DNA from: an uncultured beta proteobacterium
GTDB lineage: Bacteria; Pseudomonadota; Gammaproteobacteria; Burkholderiales; Burkholderiaceae_C
DNA: 64,000 nt
Direction of reading: 5' to 3'
Assembly: GCA_963841045.1 (NCBI GenBank)
Contig: CAWJBD010000003.1
Location: 256,668 to 320,667, forward strand
Position 1 is the stretch's first letter. Each line of letters starts with the position of its first letter. The position numbers and the translations under genes are program-made. Below the pieces are notes generated by a model, which saw nothing but the letters and a program-made list of their open reading frames with translations, was not told where the DNA came from and ran no database searches. Shown in pieces: positions 58,960-64,000 of the stretch.

Positions 58960-58990
58960 TACAGTTTAACAATCACATACAGAAACTGTA
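58960..58990. promoter_or_regulatory. inverted repeat in the MocR / exporter-operon divergent region (candidate MocR operator)
   Basis: TACAGTTT-N15-AAACTGTA, with an extra ATACAG in the spacer. It lies 30 nt upstream of the mocR-like ATG. Confidence 0.45.
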
Positions 58991-59020
58991 TTGCTATCTT
59001 TACTGACACACAGAACCACC

Positions 59021-60526
59021 ATGCTCACCAAAAACAGCACCCTTTCACTGTCTGAACAATTGCGCGACCGCTTTGCACAGCGCATTCAAAGCCGTTTGCT
59101 CTCAGCTGGCGCGCGCTTGCCTTCGGTGCGGCAATGTGCGCAGCAGCAAGGTGTGAGCCCGTCAACGGTGGTGGCTGCTTATGACCAATTGCTGGCGCTG
59201 GGTTTGGTAGAGTCGCGCCGCAACAGGGGCTTCTATGTACGAGAATTTACCAATTTTTATACAAAAAATCAGCCTGTATCCGGCGTATATATTGCCTATG
59301 ATGCTATCAATAATGTAGCAAATAATGCAAATCATCTTGCGACAAATGCTCCAAGCGTATCGGCTACACAAACCCCTGCACCCATGCGGGCACCTACTCC
59401 CGCCCCCATCAATGCCGCCATGCTGATTCGTGGCATGTTCCGCCAAGCAGGACCCAAGCCGCAACCTGGCATGGGGGTGTTTCCACCAGAGTGGTTGGAC
59501 AACCCGTTTTTAAGCGCCGCTGTGCGCAAAGTCACCACACCAGCCGCGCTGAAACAGTTTTCATTGGAATATGGCGACCCAATGGGTGATGCGAATTTAA
59601 GACAATCGCTGTCCAACAAGCTCGCACAAATGAACATCAGCGCAGCACCCAGCCAAATCATCAGCACAGTTGGCGCTACGCATGCGCTGGATGTGGTGAG
59701 CCGCACCTTGCTCAGAGCGGGTGACGCGGTGATGGTGGAAGAGCCCGGCTGGGCGGTGGAATTTGCGCGCTTGCAAGCGCTGGGCATGCAGATATTGCCC
59801 GTGCCACGCCGTGCCGATGGACCCGATTTGGACGTGATGGCGAAGTACTGCGACATTCACAAACCCAAACTGATGGTGAGCGTGAGCGTGCTGCACAACC
59901 CCACGGGCTACATGCTGTCGCCCCACAGCGCGCACCGCATGTTGCAGCTGGCGAATGAACACGACTTTCACATCATGGAGGACGACAGCTACAGCCACAT
60001 TGCGCCCGACCATGCCACGCGCCTGTGCGCTTTGGATGGTTTGCAACGCACGATCTATGTGAGTGGCTTTGCCAAAATACTCGCCCCCAATTGGCGCGTG
60101 GGCTATATGGCTGCACCCGAAGATTTGATAGAACGATTGCTGGACACCAAATTGCTTGCCACCTTGACCACGCCAGCTCTCTTAGAAAAAGCCATTAGCC
60201 TGTGCATAGACCAAGGCCAACTGCGCCGCCACGCCACCAGCATACGTGCCAAACTGGCAGCGGCACGTGGCAGAACGGTTAAGTTGGCACTTGCTCACGG
60301 TTGTACATTCGCATCCGAACCAGCAGGTTTATTCGGCTGGGTAGACACTGGCGTGGATACCGACCAATTGGCGCAGCGCATGCTTGACCACGGATACTTG
60401 CTCGCCCCCGGTGCCCTCTTCCACGCCAGCCGCCAACCCAGCACACTGATGCGCATCAACTTTGCGACCACGCAGAATGCGGAATTTTGGAAAGTGTTTG
60501 CGCGGGAAGTGGAAGCGATGAAGTAA
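59021..60526 (+). CDS. MocR-subfamily GntR regulator (wHTH + PLP aminotransferase-like domain) with an in-frame Family-1 repeat in the linker
   Basis: 501 aa from MLTKNSTLSLSEQLRDRF. LPSVRQCAQQQGVSPSTVVAAYDQL (HTH) and SGFAKILAPNWRVGY (PLP lysine context). Confidence 0.85.
   Translation: MLTKNSTLSLSEQLRDRFAQRIQSRLLSAGARLPSVRQCAQQQGVSPSTVVAAYDQLLALGLVESRRNRGFYVREFTNFYTKNQPVSGVYIAYDAINNVANNANHLATNAPSVSATQTPAPMRAPTPAPINAAMLIRGMFRQAGPKPQPGMGVFPPEWLDNPFLSAAVRKVTTPAALKQFSLEYGDPMGDANLRQSLSNKLAQMNISAAPSQIISTVGATHALDVVSRTLLRAGDAVMVEEPGWAVEFARLQALGMQILPVPRRADGPDLDVMAKYCDIHKPKLMVSVSVLHNPTGYMLSPHSAHRMLQLANEHDFHIMEDDSYSHIAPDHATRLCALDGLQRTIYVSGFAKILAPNWRVGYMAAPEDLIERLLDTKLLATLTTPALLEKAISLCIDQGQLRRHATSIRAKLAAARGRTVKLALAHGCTFASEPAGLFGWVDTGVDTDQLAQRMLDHGYLLAPGALFHASRQPSTLMRINFATTQNAEFWKVFAREVEAMK
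59271..59322 (+). repeat. Family-1 dispersed palindromic repeat, copy D (in-frame, sense orientation, MocR linker)
   Basis: AGCCTGTATCCGGCGTATATATTGCCTATGATGCTATCAATAATGTAGCAAA. Translated as QPVSGVYIAYDAINNVAN. Confidence 0.8.
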
Positions 60527-60585
60527 TACCATCAGACCAAGTTCGACAACAGCTTAGTTCATCATAAATTCAGCTTGCTTATTCA

Positions 60586-62484
60586 GTGAAACATTCCAAT
60601 TCAACATTTTCTGCTCTTGTGAAACGAGTTTCAATTGAAATCCTCATTTGGTACAGTTTGCCATTGGCATTCATTACCATTTACATCTTTCAATTTCACA
60701 ATCCGGCACGTGTTGTATTTGACCATTTGCGTCCCATTACTCACATCGCCTTAACAGTTTTTTTACTTAAAACCTGCCTACTCCAATGGGTGAAATCAAC
60801 CCAAATCCGTCTATTTTTGTCTGCATGGTTGTATGGCACATCTCTATTCCTCTTAATGGCTTACTACGGCGTGGTGCTGATTGGCTTACGGGCATGGTCA
60901 AAAGTTATTACCACTGAGCTCATTGCAAGTTATGTCGGACAAGCAACGCCGTTCATTGAAGTAATGGGTTTGTCGTACAACTTGGTGATATTAGCCACCA
61001 CAATTGTTTATCTAGCCGTGTGTGGAATTTGTTTCTACGTCACAAAACGATATCTCAATTACGGCCCTTTACATCTTCCTCATTTTCCTAAAAAATATTT
61101 GGATGCTTTCGTCTTTGCCATTTTTGCTGCAAATGCTTTCTTCCTTTACCGTTATTTCTTCTTGCATGAACTCACTAAGAACGAGCCATTCCTGATTACT
61201 GTTAATGCAGGTAAAGCTGGCCATGGTGGCTTCATTGACACAACTCGTATTAGTTTTAATCATGCTTTGGACCAAGAAGAATTGATTGCGCGAAATACGT
61301 ATCTACCATCAAACACAGTCGCTGACAAAAATGTTATTTTGATTGTTGTGGATGCACTGCGATCTGATCACATGGGTGTATATGGTTATAGACGTCACAA
61401 CACACCGTTTCTGAGTCAACTCGCTAAAGATGGACGTCTAACTGCAGTACCAAATGTTCGCGCGGCATGTAGCTTGTCACTGTGCGGGTTGTCGAGCATA
61501 TCAAGCTCTAAATATGTGCACCAACTTCCAAATAAACCATTCACTTTGCACCAAGTTCTGAAGCAGCATGGTTATCAGATAAATATGATTTTGGGAGGTG
61601 ATCATACAAATTTTTATAACTTGCGCGATTTCTACGGTGCTGTTGACAACTATTACGACGGTTCAATGGCCAAGCCATATTACATGAATGATGATGCTTT
61701 AGTTACGGATAAAGTGACTAAATTACCCGCTTGGAATGGCGCACCAGTGATGTATCAATTTCATTTAATGACAGCACATAACCTTGGTCGAAGACTCAAA
61801 AATCAGCATGAGCCATACAAACCAAGCCAGCCTTATATTGCTGGCTTCAATAGACCTCCAAGAATTGAACACACTAACTATTACGACAATGGTGTCTTTC
61901 AAATCGATAGCATCATCAAAGAATTACTCACATCACTTGAAAAGAAAAACTACCTTGAAAATGCTTTGGTAATCGTCACTGCAGATCACGGTGAAGGTTT
62001 AGGCGAACACAATAGGTATGGTCATGGTAATAGTGTGTATGAGGAATTACTGCGCATCCCTTTGTTGATAATTGATTATGGGAAAGACACGACAAAAAAA
62101 CAATTATTCAAAAACGCCCATTCCGTTGTGTCACAAATCGACATTGCTGCCACCATTTTGCATGATCTAAAAATACCTAAACCAAAGAACTGGTCAGGCA
62201 TTGCATTGCAAGATATTGCAAACATCTCAACTGGTACCATGTTGACTAGTACAACAAACATCAGAAACGGAATTGTTTATTTTCAATTACATCCATTTAT
62301 AGGCTTGTATGATTATCAAAATCCAAATCAAGTCTTTAAATATTGGGTGCATACATTTACAAACGAAGAGTTTGCATATGACATAACTTCGGATGCTAAT
62401 GAAACAACAAATTTAATTCCCTCACTCCCTACCAGTCAGAGGAATCTATGGCGATCTTTAGCCTACCAAACGCGCATTGAGTAA
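60586..62484 (+). CDS. membrane-anchored sulfatase-family hydrolase/transferase (phosphoethanolamine / phosphoglycerol-transferase-like)
   Basis: 632 aa with about 5 N-terminal TM helices, then a sulfatase fold (VILIVVDALRSDHMGVYGYRRHNTPFL, VTADHGEGLGEH). The gene is AT-rich. Confidence 0.75.
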   Translation: MKHSNSTFSALVKRVSIEILIWYSLPLAFITIYIFQFHNPARVVFDHLRPITHIALTVFLLKTCLLQWVKSTQIRLFLSAWLYGTSLFLLMAYYGVVLIGLRAWSKVITTELIASYVGQATPFIEVMGLSYNLVILATTIVYLAVCGICFYVTKRYLNYGPLHLPHFPKKYLDAFVFAIFAANAFFLYRYFFLHELTKNEPFLITVNAGKAGHGGFIDTTRISFNHALDQEELIARNTYLPSNTVADKNVILIVVDALRSDHMGVYGYRRHNTPFLSQLAKDGRLTAVPNVRAACSLSLCGLSSISSSKYVHQLPNKPFTLHQVLKQHGYQINMILGGDHTNFYNLRDFYGAVDNYYDGSMAKPYYMNDDALVTDKVTKLPAWNGAPVMYQFHLMTAHNLGRRLKNQHEPYKPSQPYIAGFNRPPRIEHTNYYDNGVFQIDSIIKELLTSLEKKNYLENALVIVTADHGEGLGEHNRYGHGNSVYEELLRIPLLIIDYGKDTTKKQLFKNAHSVVSQIDIAATILHDLKIPKPKNWSGIALQDIANISTGTMLTSTTNIRNGIVYFQLHPFIGLYDYQNPNQVFKYWVHTFTNEEFAYDITSDANETTNLIPSLPTSQRNLWRSLAYQTRIE

Positions 62485-62514
62485 CACGCAACAATCCATG
62501 CAAATCCAATACTG

Positions 62515-63153
62515 ATGAAAAAAACCCAAGAAACTATGACGCGAGCAGGTGTCCAAAAAACTTATCGCCTATATGCACCGATTTACGATTTTCTTTTTGG
62601 TGCCGTATTAGAACCGGGCAGAAAATCTCTATGTGACGAAGTTGTCAAACTGAACCCAAAAAGACTACTGGAAGTTGGTGTTGGAACTGGTTTGCTCATA
62701 AATCGATATCCTGAGCTTAGCGACATTACAGGTATTGATGTTTCTGAAGAGATGTTAAATATTGCTGCAACTCGTGCAAAGCTAAATCCGGAAAAATCAA
62801 TTAGTCTTTTAGAAATGGACGCGGAGAATATGACTTTTGGCAACAACAGTTTTGACTGCGTTGTCGCACCTTATGTATTATCAGTCACACCAAATCCAGA
62901 AAAACTATTAAGAGAAATGCAGCGCGTTTGTAAAAACGATGGCACCATCATCATACTTAACCACTTCAGTGGGAGTGGAACATGGTATTTACTCGAAAAA
63001 TTGGTGAAAAATGCTGCTCAGAAAATTGGTTTCAGGTCAGATTTTAGTTACGAACAACATATTGGTCGACATCAATTAAGCATCTCAAAACTAGAAACAG
63101 TAAATATGTTTGGTCTGTCTAAATTAGTCGTATTTACGAATACCAAGAAGTAA
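62515..63153 (+). CDS. class I SAM-dependent methyltransferase (PmtA/UbiE-like)
   Basis: 212 aa with motif I (LLEVGVGTGLL) and post-I (DVSEEML). AT-rich. Confidence 0.8.
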   Translation: MKKTQETMTRAGVQKTYRLYAPIYDFLFGAVLEPGRKSLCDEVVKLNPKRLLEVGVGTGLLINRYPELSDITGIDVSEEMLNIAATRAKLNPEKSISLLEMDAENMTFGNNSFDCVVAPYVLSVTPNPEKLLREMQRVCKNDGTIIILNHFSGSGTWYLLEKLVKNAAQKIGFRSDFSYEQHIGRHQLSISKLETVNMFGLSKLVVFTNTKK

Positions 63154-63159
63154 TAGCGC

Positions 63160-63207
63160 AAAACAAAAACGCCTTTAGAAATTAGCATTTCTGCATTTCT
63201 AAAGGCG
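63160..63207 (-). terminator. Rho-independent terminator downstream of tRNA-Arg
   Basis: 12-bp stem GCCTTTAGAAAT/ATTTCTAAAGGC, followed on the minus strand by GTTTTTGTTT. Confidence 0.75.
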
Positions 63208-63229
63208 AAAACAATTGATTTTATGTTTG

Positions 63230-63306
63230 TGGTGCGGCTGGCAGGAATTGAACCCACGACCCTCTGGTTCGTAGCCAGATACTCTATCCAACTGAGCTAC
63301 AGCCGC
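63230..63306 (-). tRNA. tRNA-Arg (anticodon ACG)
   Basis: The reverse complement is GCGGCTGTAGCTCAGTTGGATAGAGTATCTGGCTACGAACCAGAGGGTCGTGGGTTCAATTCCTGCCAGCCGCACCA. This is 77 nt and folds as a cloverleaf: acceptor GCGGCTG/CAGCCGC, anticodon loop CTACGAA, T-loop GGTTCAATTCC, encoded CCA. Confidence 0.95.
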
Positions 63307-63341
63307 ACAGACTATCGATTATACAAGCAAAATTCCTTGAA

Positions 63342-64000
63342 TTAATACGTTCCTGCGTAAGCTCCACCATCGGTCAAAATATTTTGACCTGTGATGTAGC
63401 TCGCCTGCTGGCTGCATAAAAATGCACAGGTAGCGCCAAATTCGTTGGGTTGACCAAAACGGCGAGCGGGAATGGTGTTTTGACGCGACTCGCGCAGTGC
63501 GCTGACCGCCTGTCCTGTTTTTTGCGACACGCCTTGCATCATGGTGGCGATTCGGTCGGTGTCGTAGGTGCCTGGCAACAGATTATTGATGGTGACATTG
63601 TTGCTGGCCAGTTTGCTGGTGCGTGCCAGACCGGCGACAAAGCCGGTCAAACCACTGCGCGCGCCATTGCTCAAGCCCAAAGCTTCGATAGGCGCTTTAA
63701 CTGAGCTGGATGTGATGTTGACGATGCGCCCAAAACCACGTGCCACCATGCCATCGACCGTGGCTTTGATGAGCTCAATAGGTGTGATCATGTTGGCGTC
63801 AACCGCTTTGACCCAATCGTCGCGCTGCCAATCGCGGAAATCGCCAGGTGGTGGACCACCAGCATTGGTGACGACGATGTCAAAGTTTTTACCCGGCCCG
63901 CCTGCAACGGTAAAAGTGGCTTGCCTGCCGGCATCGGTGGTAATGTCGGCAGCTACAGATAAAACTTTAATTTGCGGAAATTGACTCTGTAATTGTTGCG
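63342..64000 (-). CDS. short-chain dehydrogenase/reductase (SDR), N-terminus beyond the window end
   Basis: The frame stays open upstream of the listed Met: ...DIVVTNAGGPPPGDFRDWQRDDWVKAVDANMITPIELIKATVDGMVARGFGRIVNITSSSVK... Confidence 0.85.
   Translation of the reverse strand, partial: QQLQSQFPQIKVLSVAADITTDAGRQATFTVAGGPGKNFDIVVTNAGGPPPGDFRDWQRDDWVKAVDANMITPIELIKATVDGMVARGFGRIVNITSSSVKAPIEALGLSNGARSGLTGFVAGLARTSKLASNNVTINNLLPGTYDTDRIATMMQGVSQKTGQAVSALRESRQNTIPARRFGQPNEFGATCAFLCSQQASYITGQNILTDGGAYAGTY

Noticed and set aside
60527-60585. Possible att-type direct repeat of the tRNA-Arg 3' end at the far border of the AT-rich islet
   Set aside because: There is no match to TGGTGCGGCTGGCAGGAATTGAACC or its complement, so a classical integrase-mediated island cannot be supported.

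Overview
This is a chromosomal window with Burkholderiales-type betaproteobacterial gene content (inferred from Bug/TctABC, metXW, lptD-surA-rsmA and a liu cluster). It holds about 65 protein genes and one tRNA-Arg(ACG); there is no rRNA, CRISPR array or intact mobile element. Main blocks, left to right:
- a decayed GMC oxidoreductase abutting an IS4-family transposase relic;
- a DUF294 nucleotidyltransferase / DEDDh exonuclease / two-subunit Na+:solute symporter module;
- leucine-catabolic genes liuB-liuC-(DUF4126)-liuD-liuE-ybaK, preceded by a perfect 34-bp palindrome;
- thiolase, aceK, carbonic anhydrase, a stand-alone MetH homocysteine-binding domain, and maeB;
- a secreted barnase-like RNase with barstar;
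- rsmA-surA-lptD, an amgK-like kinase, rsmE, chrA, metXW, ruvAB, apaG, tctCBA and an RRM protein;
- an ECF sigma/anti-sigma pair divergent from a DUF2282-DUF692(MNIO)-DUF2063-DoxX cluster (bufferin/gig-type RiPP metallophore), followed by a B12-radical-SAM gene and a creatininase-family gene;
- a tightly packed seven-gene exporter/aminotransferase operon divergent from a MocR regulator;
- an AT-rich islet (sulfatase-family membrane enzyme plus methyltransferase) abutting the tRNA.

Three things are not explained by ordinary annotation:
1. Two dispersed short palindromic repeat families. Family 1 is about 52-57 bp with 6 copies. Family 2 is about 72-77 bp with 2 copies. Five of the eight copies sit inside ORFs without breaking the frame, which resembles Rickettsia palindromic elements (RPEs).
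2. An unusually high density of single-nucleotide frameshifts in otherwise intact genes: liuC, DUF4126, chrA, a CWC cysteine-rich gene, the bufferin precursor and the radical SAM gene.
3. The bufferin-like cluster itself, whose precursor gene is frameshifted while its enzyme genes remain open.

All family assignments come from reading motifs in the translations. No database search was run.
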